64,000 bases of DNA. It comes from Carcharhinus longimanus. Taxonomy: Eukaryota. Shown here in pieces: positions 1 to 11,704 of this stretch. Within the stretch, counting starts at the first letter, position 1; every line of letters begins with the position of its first letter. The DNA is taken from the NCBI GenBank assembly GCA_030264375.1, contig JASCQW010000119.1:30711359-30775358 (forward strand). The letters run 5' to 3'. The notes beneath the pieces were generated by a model. That model was given only the letters and a program-made list of their open reading frames with translations, was not told the DNA's origin and made no database searches. The position numbers and the translations under genes were made by a program.

Positions 1-70
1 TCCACTTGCGAGGCCGATTTAAGAGTCCTGTGGACCCGGACCCCAAGATCCTTCTGCTCTTCAACACTAC
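1..70 (-). mobile_element. CR1 LINE ORF2 fragment, truncated by the window edge
   Basis: Minus strand translates SVEEQKDLGVRVHRTLKSASQV, the CR1 post-RT E.RDLGV motif. Confidence 0.8.
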
Positions 71-84
71 CCAGACTATCAACT

Positions 85-320
85 TACAAAGGATGGTAGA
101 ACTTCAGAACTTTCTTCCTCAAATGGCAATTGATGTTTTATCAATTGTAAATGTCAATACAGAGATAAGATTGATAGGCTTTTGTTTTCCAAGGATATTA
201 AGAAATATGCGTTAAAAACTGGTTTATAGAGTTATGTCACAAATCAACCAGAGCTCCTTGAATGGTAGAACAAACTTGAGGGGTTAAAAGGTCTATTTCC
301 TTTCCAGTATCTCATGTCCT
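85..320 (+). mobile_element. Old, degenerate CR1 LINE 3' end
   Basis: Ends ttgaatggtagaacaaacttgaggggttaaaaggtctatttcc, homologous to the CR1 3' ends at 42090-42160 and 51740-51810. Confidence 0.6.
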
Positions 321-929
321 CTTGAATGGCTGGGCAACCCCACCGCAAACTACAACCTTTATAAGGTGAGTTTTTTGAAGGCTTGAACTTTTTCTCTACT
401 TTTTTCAGAGCCTTGAGGCATAGCCAGCCATTGACACCCCTTGTAGTATCCCCCAACACTTGGATTTGTACTATGCAGCCCGACAATCTTATTGTGCATG
501 ATTTTCCACCACTCCACTACCTTAATGGTACTCAGTGAAGACCCAGAAATCTGGCTACCTATCAGGATGTGCAGCAACTGGATTTATGAAAGAGCTAGAA
601 TAGGAATGTGAGCAATTCTGTTAAATAGTTTTCAGTAATATTTGCAAAACTTTACTTCCACTGAATTCCAATTATTATACAGTTTTCTCAACAATGCCGA
701 TTTATGGTAAATTAATTTCTAAAAACTTAAGGAGTACTTTGAGCAGTGAGAGTTGTAGAGGTTGTGTACACTTCTATCTGTTCCTCTTACCAGACAGTAA
801 CTGTATGACTGGAAATACAGTTGACAGGTTTGTTGTAGTGAACTGAAACTTTCATTTTCTGGTCATTTGTCAATTTAATTCTCTGTCCCTATTCTGATCT
901 CCCTTTTCTTAACCTGTTATACTATTACA

Positions 930-1175
930 AAGAAGCTCAATCCAAGCTTAAGGCGCAGCACCTCACCTTTGATGAGGCATTTTAAAACCTTTTGGTCTGG
1001 ATTTTAAGTTCAACAAGTTTAGATTGTGACCACTGCTTTCATTTGTCAGACAGCAGCTATCGCAAGTAGTTCTGCTATTCTCATTTACACCTCCTCTGCA
1101 CCCATCTGTTGTTTCTTTACTTGTCCCATGACCATCTACTTCTGCCTTGCACCACTATCACTCATTGTCATTCAA
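930..1175 (+). mobile_element. Penelope-like element: decayed GIY-YIG endonuclease C-terminus and 3' UTR
   Basis: gaagctcaatccaagcttaaggcgcagcacctcacc...aagttcaacaagtttaga resembles the PLE C-terminal RKLEEQHLIFRLGTLQP.GLNIEFNNFR and is followed by a pyrimidine-rich UTR. Confidence 0.6.
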
Positions 1176-1249
1176 GGAGTCATTTAATAGCTTTCATTGG
1201 TCAGGTTTTCAGTGCCAGGGTGGATAGCTCAATGGACATATATTAGTTT

Positions 1250-1480
1250 AATCTGATTTGATTTGATTTATTATTGTTATGTATTCAGATACAATGAAAA
1301 GTATCATTTCTTGTGCACTATACAGGCAAAGCAGACCATCCATTGAGTACATAGGAGACAAGGAAAGAAGAGGGTGCAGACTACAAATGCAGATAGGTTG
1401 ACGAGAAAGATCAGCTGAATATATGATCAGTCCATTCAAAAGTATGATGGCAGAAGGGAAGAAACTGTTCTTGAGGTGGT
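1250..1480 (-). mobile_element. Rex1/Babar LINE 3' end
   Basis: Reverse complement of the 3' end at 10390-10600, including the (caaat)n tail (gatttgatttgatttatt on +). Confidence 0.75.
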
Positions 1481-2039
1481 TGATTAAAATGACCCCATTA
1501 CACCCAATTTGTGCTGAAGAGAGGTGAGGGTAGAATAAAGTTGTGTGCCCACCAATCCTGGAGGCAGATCATAGGTGGCCATGGGAACAGGCGAGTTCCA
1601 AGGTAGGTTGGTTAGAAGTCTGTCTCAGAATTCTGGGACTTTGTCTCAGTTGTTCAGGCCCTCTAACCCACACACCTCAAAGTCCTTCACCCCTCATGGC
1701 CACTCCAGGCCAACTCATGCTCCCATTCAGCCCCATTACCTCATGCCCGCATCATATCTCCTTTTTGCCACCTCTATAGCCCTTCACCCAACACCAGCTA
1801 TGGGCAGATCTCAGAATCCAAGTGGAGATAAAAAAGAAATAACTTCTAACTAACAAATGGAGCTCTCAATCATCCACTTGTGATCAATAAAAACTCCCAA
1901 TCATGAAACCCTTTCAAAGATTGTAAATCCCCTCAAGTGTTCAATATGTTATAAAAACAAAGCTCTACTCAGTCATAATGGCTAATAGTAGCTAAAAAAG
2001 CTAATCCTTTAATAACCTCTAGAAATTGTGAACTCAACC

Positions 2040-2232
2040 GCACTTCCCCAACCCTATAAAAACCCAACCCCTTTGTGCCTTTTTCTCTCCATCAATCTTT
2101 CAATGAAAAACTGCTAAATTTTTAACTTATTCCCTTTCTGATGCAAGGTCATTGACCTGAAACATAAACTCCATTCTCACTCCACAGATGCTACCTGCCT
2201 TGTTGAGTGTTTCAGCATTTCTGTTTTTATTT
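2040..2232 (+). mobile_element. Penelope-like terminal repeat with hammerhead-like motif
   Basis: ttCTGATGC-AAGGTC-att-GACCT-GAAAC-ataaactc followed by tccacagatgct...cagcatttctgtttttattt. The same repeat occurs at 14390, 18350 and 57745 (-). Confidence 0.65.
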
Positions 2233-3059
2233 GACAATTTGCCTGTCTTCACTGAGGATGTTAGCAAATATCGTGCATACTGCACAGCTGGATTAAAAAC
2301 TTTTCAACATTTACACCAGTTAAGTGGCTCGTTAGCTGCTCACGCAGCATTAAAAGATCATTATTGGATTGTGATTGTATTTTTTTTCCCATTTCCAGTA
2401 GCAACTCTCGGCAAGCACATGTTTTAACATTGCGCATTCCCATAATTCTGTCAATGGGCCAAAAAATGAAGAACAAGCCTTTCTACCTTTTATTTTTGCT
2501 AATAAAAGTACAATCTTTCAAGTATTTATGTATATAAAAAAAATTAAAAAGCATTTATGAATATAAATATAAAAAATTCCGCACATAAGAATTCAAAGTG
2601 ATGATTGCATATTTGTAAACTGAATTTTGTTTCAAACTCATTCATCAAAAATGCTTGAACTGATAAATTCAAGAAAAAAATTCTTTTTGGGCATAATTTA
2701 TCTAACCACTTTGACATTTTGCTTTTGCTGTTGATCCTTGATTACTAGTGTGTGTGGGTCTCGTTGGAACAGCTAAGTTGTCCCAACTGAACTATTTGTG
2801 CAAAAAAAATGATTAATTGGAAACAGGATGATTCAGAGATCATGCAGGCACCTCAAAGAGATGGTGAGTGGCACAGGGCTTGTAATTATATCCCCTTTAG
2901 TAATTGGAATTTCACACTCCTAGAGCTGCAAATAGAAAAAAATGTAATATGGAAAATCAACCAGAGAGCACTGATGAAGCAACATAAAAGCTGAGAACAA
3001 CAACCTTTTAAACATTAGAGAAAATGATAAATCAACTATTTTTATTTAATTAAGGATTT

Positions 3060-3275
3060 CAATACTGTAGAACCAAAATAAAGAAAAGTACAACCAATGT
3101 TTTCATTTGTTCTTGAAATGAGGGTATTCTTCAACTTCAGTGCCTAGGCAGTATTGGCAGAGCAGGTTTCTCTGAGAGGGTTAGATGAAAAGGGTAGTGA
3201 AAGTTCATGTCAGACTAAACACTGGCATAGACCTGAGGGATGAATGGTCTGTTTCCATGTTGTAGAGTCTATTTA
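3060..3275 (+). mobile_element. Degenerate CR1 3' end
   Basis: aaacactggcatagacctgagggatgaatggtctgtttccatgttgtagagtctat resembles the CR1 3' tail. Confidence 0.45.
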
Positions 3276-3578
3276 ACTTGCCTGTTATAGAACTCACTCT
3301 GTTTTCACTTCCAATGACGTTAATAGAAGCAATCTCAAAATCAGGCAGCTTCTGAAAGTAGTGGGAACTCTCATTCTTATCTTTTGCTGAATTATACTTC
3401 ATAAGCAAAGTTTTAGAAAACTATTCTTACTCTGTCAAAGGAAATTAATGTTTCATTGTCATTGTTGAAATCATGTTTTACAATTCAATAAATTGAGATA
3501 GGGGAACTGTGAATTAATATACATTTAATACCTAAGTGCAAAATAGGTTTTTTCGGACAGTGTTCTGAAAGGAAATTC

Positions 3579-3788
3579 TGGGGGAGATTCTCTGGCCCCT
3601 CTTAAGCATTTTTCTCAGTGGCAGGAGGTGGTGCATCATCCGCTGGTGGTAAGATCTTCTGGCCCCATTGCTATCATTGGAAATTCCTATTGAAGCCACC
3701 CCATGCCACCAGGAAACCCACGGCAGGGGTATGCCACCTGCAGAACCATAGATTCCCATTGGTAAGAACAGCCGGAAAATTCCAGCCC
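3579..3788 (+). mobile_element. PIF/Harbinger-type MITE, about 210 bp
   Basis: Termini ggggagattctc ... ggaaaattccagccc; body homologous to 27290-27500. Confidence 0.6.
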
Positions 3789-3819
3789 TTTTATTTTGGC
3801 TAAGTCGTCAATCGTCTTC

Positions 3820-4235
3820 ATCCCTATAACTCTTTGGGAATTCTACATTCCTCCAGCTCTGGCCTCTTTCATATCCTCAGTATCCTTCACTCTATGAGAG
3901 GTATCCATGTCATCAAACATCTGCACCCAACCTCAAATTCCCTCTCCAAACTTCCCATTAAAACATTATTTCAAGTCTTTGGGCACGAGTTGCCAGCCGC
4001 ACTGGAAAATTCTGCCTGAAATGAACAGACCTTTCCATGGTCCACCCCCTCACCTGCTACAATTCCTGTGGTGGATGGAATGGGAAAATTCATATCTTTG
4101 TCTTTGGTCTAGCATTTGGTCACTTGTCCGAATGTCACATTCTTTACCGCAATGTCAATTGTGTTCTAGCAGCGCTGTCCCTTGAGATATTGTGTTTACA
4201 TTAAGGGTGCTACGTAAGTGCAACTTATTGTTGCC
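3820..4235 (+). mobile_element. L2 LINE 3' end with a MITE inserted at about 3980-4092
   Basis: L2-type 3' UTR ending ttaagggtgctacgtaagtgcaacttattgttg; internal MITE segment ggaaaattctgcc...gggaaaattc. Confidence 0.5.
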
Positions 4236-5039
4236 ACGATGGAAAATAACTGAACTGCTTCAGTGTAAATTAAATTTCTCATAACACGCACAATTTTCAG
4301 ACCCGACGCTGTTGCACAATTACGTTATTTCTTTAATAATGTAGGCTGTTGCTGCACAAAACAAAGTAGTTTTTTTCAACTGTATGAATTTGAAGCCCTT
4401 TTAAGCTGTTGCATTTCATGGTAAAATGGAGGAAACAAAACATACCCAATGGGCATGAAATAGAAAATTTAATTCATCTGTGAGATTTGATGTCAAAATC
4501 TGCAATCAGATGTGGAATAAATTCTTCAACTGTTCCATTAGACATTTAGCTCCTAACACAATAACTAAAAATAGATTTTACTTGATCTTAATAGATACAA
4601 TTAAAAATTGTCTTACAACATTCTTTATGCAGCCTTTTATCCCTGTTGACAGATGTTAAGCTTCTATGCACAGAATCTGTTACACAGAGATTTAGGTTTA
4701 ACGGGTTGCACTTTCTGACCCCAACTATTCAATAATTTTTTGGAACTAATGTTATATTTTTGCTTCATGAATAATTCTTTGACAAAATAAATACCTTCAT
4801 CCAAAATTGCATTTGCATTTCAATTTTCAGCCCAGGCACTGTCTGCCAATATTCTATTCAATGCCAATATTTATAGCACTCATTAGGAAAATTGATTTTT
4901 CCTTTGATTTCTGAACTTTTGTTTATTCTCAGGATAAAAGGTTTTTGATAATTACATGACAAAGTGTAAAACTGCATTTCATTTTAGGAGATTACGTCCT
5001 CAATTGTTTCATAAATTTGCCCCGAGGTAATTCTTAGCA

Positions 5040-5169
5040 TTTTATTTTATATGTTTCTTGACGGGACCTGGGCAGCACTTGCTAGACCAGTATTTATTGC
5101 CAATCCCTAATTGACCTTGAGAAAGTAATGATGAACCACCTTCTTGAACCTTTGCAGTCCATGTGGTGT
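5040..5169 (-). mobile_element. 3' tail of the LINE family seen at 15680-17020
   Basis: tttattgccaatccctaattgaccttgagaaag...ccaccttcttgaacc is the reverse complement of the tail at 16890-17020. Confidence 0.7.
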
Positions 5170-5490
5170 GGGCAGCACAGTAGTACAGTGGTTAGCACTG
5201 CTACCTCAAAGCGTCAGGGATCCGGGTTTGATTCCAGCCTTGAGTGACTGACTGTGCGGAGTTTGCATATTCTCCCCATGTCTGTGTGGGTTTCCTCTGG
5301 GTGCTCCGGTTTCCTNNNNNNNNNNNNNNNNNNNNNNNNNNNNNNNNNNNNNNNNNNNNNNNNNNNNNNNNNNNNNNNNNNNNNNNNNNNNNNNNNNNNN
5401 NNNNNNNNNNNNNNNTGATCGGCGCAACTCGTGGGCCGAAGGGCCTGTTTGTGCTGTAGTGTTCTATGTTCTATGTTCTATGTTCTATGA
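5170..5490 (+). mobile_element. HE1-type tRNA-derived V-SINE head, N gap, then CR1-type tail
   Basis: gggcagcacagtagtacagtggttagcactgc...gggtttgattcc (A/B boxes) and central gtgggtttcctctgggtgctccggtttcct; after the gap gggccgaagggcctg...(ttctatg)n. Head and tail may be different elements joined across the gap. Confidence 0.8.
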
Positions 5491-5499
5491 TATGATTCC

Positions 5500-6610
5500 T
5501 AGTTTCACCACTGAAAGTTCTGCCTGTAATTTTTAGCCTACATCCCCCTAGTCTGAGATCCCCCCAACCGACAGAAATATCACTATCTATGCTATCTGTA
5601 CCTATTAATGTCTTGAAAACTTTAATGAAATCACTTTATAAACTTTGAAATTTCAGGAATACAACACTAGTTTGTAACATCCTTCCTCATAATTTAACCT
5701 TTGGCATCCAGATATAACTGATAAAATTATGTTGCATTTGCTCCAAGGCCAATAACTTGGTGTGTTGTCCAGAACTGCTCACTGTACTCCAAATATAGTC
5801 TAACCAGAGCTTTGTATAGCTGTAGCATGGCTTTTCCCCCCTCGCACTTGAATCCTATTGATATAAAGACCAGCATTCCATTAACCTCTTTGCTTATCTT
5901 CTGTACATGCTGTTGCCATCTAAATGACATTTTAATCAAGGCTATTTGGAATTCCAATGTCCCTAGCTTTTAACCATTTAACAAAGAACAGTACAGCACA
6001 AAAACAGGACCTTGGGCCCACCAAATCTGTGCTGACACAGATGATTCTGTAATTTAATATTTTCTTGCTTCTGCATGGTCCATATCCCTTTATTCCTTTC
6101 TATCCATGTATCTATCCAGATGCTTCTTCAACAATGTTATAGAATCTGCTACCACCATCTCCTCTGGTAGCGCATTCCAGGCATTCACCAATGTGTGTGT
6201 GAAAAACTTGCCCTTTATATCTCTTTTAAACTTTCCCTATCTCACTTTCAAACTATGCCCTGAGTAATTTGCCCTTCGACCCTGGGAAAAAGACTCTGAA
6301 TATCCAATCTTTCCAAGCCTGTCATAATCTTGTATACTTCTATCAGGTCCGCCTTCATCCTCCAACGCTCCAATGAAAACAAGTTTCTTCAACCTTTCTT
6401 CACAGTCCGTTCCCTCCAAACCAGGCAACATTCTGGTAAATTTCTTCTGTACCCTTTCCAATGCATTAACAGCCTTCCGATAATGTGGTGACCAGAATTG
6501 TACACAGTAAGCAGCCTAACTAAAGCCTTAACTGCAATATGATATTCCAGTTCCTATGCTCAATGCCCCAGCCGATGAAGGCCAGCATTCCATGCGCCTT
6601 TTTGGCCACC
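5500..6610 (-). mobile_element. Two adjacent CR1 ORF2/3' fragments (about 5500-5980 and 5981-6610)
   Basis: ORFs give MLQLYKALVRLYLEYSEQFW and ERVQKKFTRMLPGLEG..EERL; a CR1 tail reverse complement lies at 5981-6030. Confidence 0.85.
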
Positions 6611-6612
6611 AA

Positions 6613-8380
6613 TGTGTCATATGATCCAGTCTCAGTTTAACTTTTGCCTGTGAGCTGAGCACACGGCGAACATCTCTGCTATAGATGTCTTTAAGCTTTT
6701 GTCTTATGTGCCTGGTCAAAATAAATGAACTCGCAATGTTTGCACAGTCCTTTATGAGAGATTGGTGCCGTCGGTTTGAAAAGAAAAGGTGGTGCTCAGT
6801 GATACACAGACACTGTGGCAACAAGATTAAAAACAAGTACAACATGATGAACAGCCGTAGATTGTGCTACATGGCATGAGATGAGCCTTGACATTTTGGT
6901 CAGGCAGCAATAAAGCTGCAGTGTTGAAACTACAGTATGACCACTGCAAACAATTCTTTGAAGACACTGTGCAGTGATAGTGCTCAAGTAAAGAACTGCA
7001 AAGTAGATGGATCCTTCATGGTGAAATTGCAGAGGATTGCACATCAGTTCTGTAAGTGGGACAGTGCACCGAGAGGACGAGCACCAGATTAACTCAGTTG
7101 GGTTAGGTGAATGGCCAGGGTGTGGGCTGGATTGATAACAAAGGGCAAAAAAAAACAATCAGAACTGTCAGAAAATCAAGCCTGAGAAGGTTGTGATTAG
7201 GATGGGTGACTTTGAGAGTCACTGAACAAGATATTGAATAAAACAAGTGGGAAGGTGAAAGGGACATTGTCAAAATGTTCACAAAATCCACCAGTTTGAA
7301 TTGGGATGTAACTGACCTTCAATCTGAATTCAAAATATTTAAACAGTGTACAGAGCTTTAGTTTCTTTATTCAGGTGTGTCTGAATCAATCAAACCCTAA
7401 AAATTCATCTAGCAATTGGGAATGATGATCCACGCAGGCTGAACAAGACAGCTGTAACAGAAGAAGAGCTAAGTGATCTCCAAACAATATGCACTACTTT
7501 GGAATATGGGTTCAGAGTCAGGTTAAACTTTTGCATTTATTGACTAGTGTTCATGTGATTGCAACAGCTGCTGACAGAATCCATAGGCCACTTTGTCATC
7601 AAGTGCACAGAAAAGGATACGTATTGTGATTACTTAAACTCGGAGCCAGCAGCCAGAATTGTTGTGGTGGTTATCGTGTGGACTCCCATGGAAGAATTCC
7701 AGAAAGATCTGCCAGGGAAGCCCATAGTATATAGCATTGGAGAGCTACTCAAGCTGTTTACTTCCAGAGCCATCCTCACAGGTCAATGAGGCCCTAAGCA
7801 CAACCGCAATTGCACTCAGTAGCACACCCATATCTAGTAAGACATGTGGAAGGTGTGGCCTTCTACATGCACCAAGGGAATATCCAGCTTTCCATTAATT
7901 CTGCAAAGTATGTGGTAGATGGGGGCCATTGACAGTGGCAGTGTGCTGGAGCAAAGACGACAGACAGCCACACACTGATCCAAACAGACCACACACTACA
8001 GGCACCTGCAAGCAATAAGAAATATAATCCGCCCAGTATCCTGTCAGAAATGTATACATGAGGTGATTGACAAACGAATATATAATGATGATGTGCAAGA
8101 TGAGTTGTAGAGCAGGAAACCTGCATCTTGTGCTGTCAACCTTGAGGAAAACATAGATGCTGTCAGACTGTCCAATATGTTTGACAAGATTCAAATTACC
8201 TGTTCTAATAAAGTTAGTAACTGTTCGTTATTGGTCAAGATTGACACAGGAGCAAGTGCCAATATCCGATCTCTACAAATTCAAAAATGTGTCCACAGAC
8301 ATGGAAGGACATGGCAATACCGAATGCTGTGAAACCTCAGGGTACAACATTCACTAATTCCATGTGCAAGATCCATTGTC
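6613..8380 (+). mobile_element. Gypsy LTR retrotransposon 5' half: LTR (about 6613-6844), decayed gag with Zn knuckles, protease
   Basis: LTR-like segment ends gtacaaca and is followed by a PBS-like tgatgaacagccgtagatt. Gag-like LNWDVTDLQSEFKIFKQ and QQLLTESIGHFVIKC; CGRCG..H and CKVCG knuckles at about 7840-7950; protease LVKIDTGASANI at 8231-8266. Confidence 0.8.
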
Positions 8381-8609
8381 TTGCAGTCTAGCCCTTTACC
8401 CAATTACTTTATCCATCCTACCCCCTTACCCACCTTACTCCCTTACACACTTACCTTTTCCCTGCAGCTTTTCAAAAAAGCTTTGGGACATTCAAACTCT
8501 TAATTACCAAAATTCGACAGTTAGTGCCATGAAAAGAGGCATAATGTCTGCTTGGATTTTCTGCATCTCGCTCTCTGAGGTTTCCTGAACTGAGAAAGTT
8601 CTGCAAACC

Positions 8610-8830
8610 CCAATGGTTAGCACTACTACCTCACAGTGCCAGGCATTCGGGTTCGATTTCAGGCTTGGGCCACTGTCTGTGTGGAGTTTGCATGTTCTCT
8701 CCTTGTCGGCGTGGGTTTCCTCAGGGTGCTCCGGCTTCCTCCCACAGTCTAAAGATGTCAAAAGGTCAGGTGCATTGGCCATGCTAAATTCATCTGCTTT
8801 GACACAGGTGCTGCAGTGCAGACACAGAGG
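8610..8830 (+). mobile_element. HE1-type V-SINE, 5' truncated, alternative tail
   Basis: tggttagcactactacctcacagtgccagg...gggttcgattt plus the conserved central domain. Confidence 0.8.
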
Positions 8831-8837
8831 CTAATAG

Positions 8838-9300
8838 GATTTGCCCCAGTCTCAGGATTCCCTTAGGTTAAAGGTGTATTTTGACTGTGTGCATGTGGTC
8901 ATTAGGGCACCAAATGTGAATGCTGAGAGGTACACCAGGCAAAAGGGTCACCATTCCCTGAACGTGCAACTCCTCTGCGACCATCGCAAAAGCTGCTCAC
9001 ATGTTTGCGCTTGCTTTCCTGGCAGTTCTTTTATGCTCATGGACTCTGGACTGCCAAGAATATTTGCATCCACCCACCCTCATTGATGGTTAGATATTCA
9101 GGGGCAGAGACTACCCCCTGAAAAGGTGGCTTCTCAGACCACTGAGAGATCCCCAAACCTAATGAGAGCCATCTTCGCCTAAGAATACTTACTAAATGGA
9201 CATTGGTCTTCTGAAGATGAGACTCAGGCGTTAGGGCCACTCAAAGGGCTCACTACAATCTCCAGAACCAAAGTGGTCTATTCCACACCCCACAACCAGC
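8838..9300 (+). pseudogene. PIF/Harbinger (HARBI1-like, DDE) transposase relic
   Basis: GFP*VKGVFDCVHVVIRAPNVNAERYTRQKGHHSLNVQLLCDH...VCACFPGSS matches the Harbinger core GAIDCTH.....NRKG.HS.NVQ.VCD....PGS.HD; stops and frameshifts present. Confidence 0.85.
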
Positions 9301-9857
9301 CATTGTGAAGAAGGCTGATTATGGACCAGAAATTGAGGAATGGAAGCTCCCCTCAGATGAAGAAGAGGAAAAGGTGGAGATGGCAGCATTACGCACCCAT
9401 GGTGAGGGTGAGGTGGAAGGCCAATAGGAAGGCCCCTAGAAACAAGAGAATTGTCGTTCATGCATACGCTATGAAGGGTCCATCCAAAACACCACTGTTA
9501 CCAACATCTTAGATCAGCTGAGATAATAAGAAGACTTTGAATTGTTTGGGCATGCCTGTAGATCTGTATGTATATTGCACCTCATTACTACCTTCCATAG
9601 ATAAAGGTATTTGTTTGTTCCATTTATACATTTCTACTTTTTTACTTAACGGATCTAAACTTATCTAAACCATATAGTGATCAGATGAGTGCCCTAACCA
9701 ATGTAATGCCCTCCACTCTTGCACTCTCCAACGTGGTGCTCCCTTATTGTAATCGAGGAGGTGGAGGCAAGCTGCTCATGTCTCTGACTATGTGGCCACA
9801 AAAGTTGCGGCATTTGGCCTCATTGTGCAGTGACTGGTTGGTGCTCTATCTCAGACT

Positions 9858-10600
9858 AAACCAACAATAACCTCTCCCTCAATGGCAACAAAATGAAAGC
9901 GATTGCCATCGATTTCAGGAAGCGTAAAGGGGAAAATGACCCTGTCTACATCAATGGGGACGAAATAGAAAGGGTCGAGAACTTCAAGTTTTAAGGTGTC
10001 CAGATCACCATCATTCTGTCCTGGTTCCCCCATGCTGACAGTAAAGTTAAGATAACCCATCAATGCCTCTACTTTCTTTGAAGACTAAGGAAATTCGGCA
10101 TGCCAGCTATGATTCTCAGAAACTTTTGCAGATGCACCATAGAAAATGTTCTTTCTGGTTGTATCACAGCTTGGTATGGCTACTGCTCTGCCCAAGACCA
10201 CAAGGAACTACACAAGGTTGTGAATGTAGCCCAATCCATCACTCAAACCAGCCTCCCATCCATTGACTCTATCTGCACTTCCCACTGCCTCAGCAAAGCT
10301 GTCAGTATAATTAAAGACCCCACGCATCCCGGACATTCTCTCTTCCACCTTCTTCTTTCAGGAAAAAGATACAGAAGATACATACCAGAACAGCTTCTTC
10401 CCTGCTTCTGTCAGACTTTTGAATGGACTTATCTGGCATTAAGTTGATCTTTCTCTACACCCTAGCTATGACTGTAACACAACATTCTGCATTCTCTCCT
10501 TTCCTTCTCTATGAACGGTATGTTTTGTCTGTATAGTGTGCAAGAAACAATACTTTTCACTGTATGATAATACATACGTCAAGAATGAATCAAATCAGAT
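9858..10600 (+). mobile_element. Rex1/Babar LINE 3' part, inserted in the Harbinger relic
   Basis: NNLSLN..K.K.I.IDFRK, NFCRCTIENVLSGCITAWYG and IIKDPTHPGHSLFHLLLSGKRY; gaatcaaatcagat tail. Confidence 0.9.
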
Positions 10601-11566
10601 CACATCTCTACAGCCACCCTCATGTGGTCCCAGTTAGCAGATGGAACATCTGGCTGAAGAGCCAAGGAATCATAGGATGGTAAGATTCCCTTCATGGAGT
10701 CTGAATGCTGAGCACTCGAATGGAACTCAGCTGCCAATCTCTCTCACTACTGATTACTTAAGATAGTAAACATAGCTCCTCCCCACTACTGCAATGAAGC
10801 AATTGTCACTGCTCAAATGAGTTTATACTTAATACATGAGGTCCTGCACCTTCTGCATCTGCTGGTACATGGGGCTCGCAGCAAGGTTGACTACTTTCTC
10901 TCATCATACACTCCCCAGCCCGGGACACTGCCGGGGTCATGACAATGACAGTCCCGCCATTCTCACAATACCTCTGGAAACTCAACTAGATGAGACCTGC
11001 TGCTGCAGGTTCAAATACCTAGTCCCAGAGGATGCCTTGAGGCTTTACCTCACTTGTCCACAGAGCAACTTTACCAATGCCCTTCCTCTTTCAGGAGGAA
11101 GTGTATAAAGACAGCTTTGCCTCAAATCTTCCTTCAGCACACTACAGACTGTGATCCCCAATTTACCTCTACACTAAAACCCACCGGAGTGAGTGAGTGG
11201 GTCTAGGTTGATGATTACTGCCACTGTTAATGGTGCACCCTTTAACAACTGGATTTCCTCTGCCTGTTCCAGGTCAGATTGCTCTCATTGGGGTGGTGAC
11301 GGCAGGGAGTAGGGGCCAGAGGGTTGGGGGCAGGAGTGGTGGAGGGTGGAGGGGAGCTATTGGATCTGTGAGAGAAACACAAGACATCAAGAGATGATGG
11401 TGTGCACATCATCCCGCTTCTCACTGACCTTCTTCCCAAGCCACCCCTAACATAATCTGCCTTCTAGTCAGCAACACCTTTCTAAAATCACCCATAGCTT
11501 ATCACCGAGTACCATCCATACTTCTTCATCAACCTTCCCCGACAAGAACAGGAAAGGACGACTCAC

Positions 11567-11704
11567 CTCACCCACATATTCCATCAGTGGCTTTCTTGTG
11601 ATGGCCATAGCTCTCTCCTCTGTTAGTTTGAGGCCCTTCAGGTTTACTGGCCCACCCCTCGCCTCGATCCTTGTCTTCTCTCTTAGGTTGTTGGCCTTTT
11701 TCTC
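11567..11704 (-). pseudogene. Exon of a Harbinger Myb/SANT-like partner gene
   Basis: 138-nt open exon EKKANNLREKTRIEARGGPVNLKGLKLTEERAMAI..., bounded by tttgcctctcag| and |gtgagt, convergent with the transposase at 8838. Confidence 0.55.

Noticed and set aside
3205-3408. 67-aa minus-strand ORF as a possible exon
   Set aside because: It partly overlaps an antisense CR1 tail, has no recognisable homology and no convincing splice sites.
5170-5245. tRNA-like sequences here and at the other SINE heads
   Set aside because: The A/B boxes belong to SINE heads followed by SINE core and LINE tail; they are not tRNA genes.
8841-9086. Host HARBI1 gene
   Set aside because: Stops, frameshifts, deletion around the second catalytic motif and the TE context indicate a transposon relic.
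10100-10447. 115-aa ORF similar to DUF1891/ALKBH8-N-like annotations
   Set aside because: It is the Rex1/Babar ORF C-terminus, present in several decayed copies in this window.
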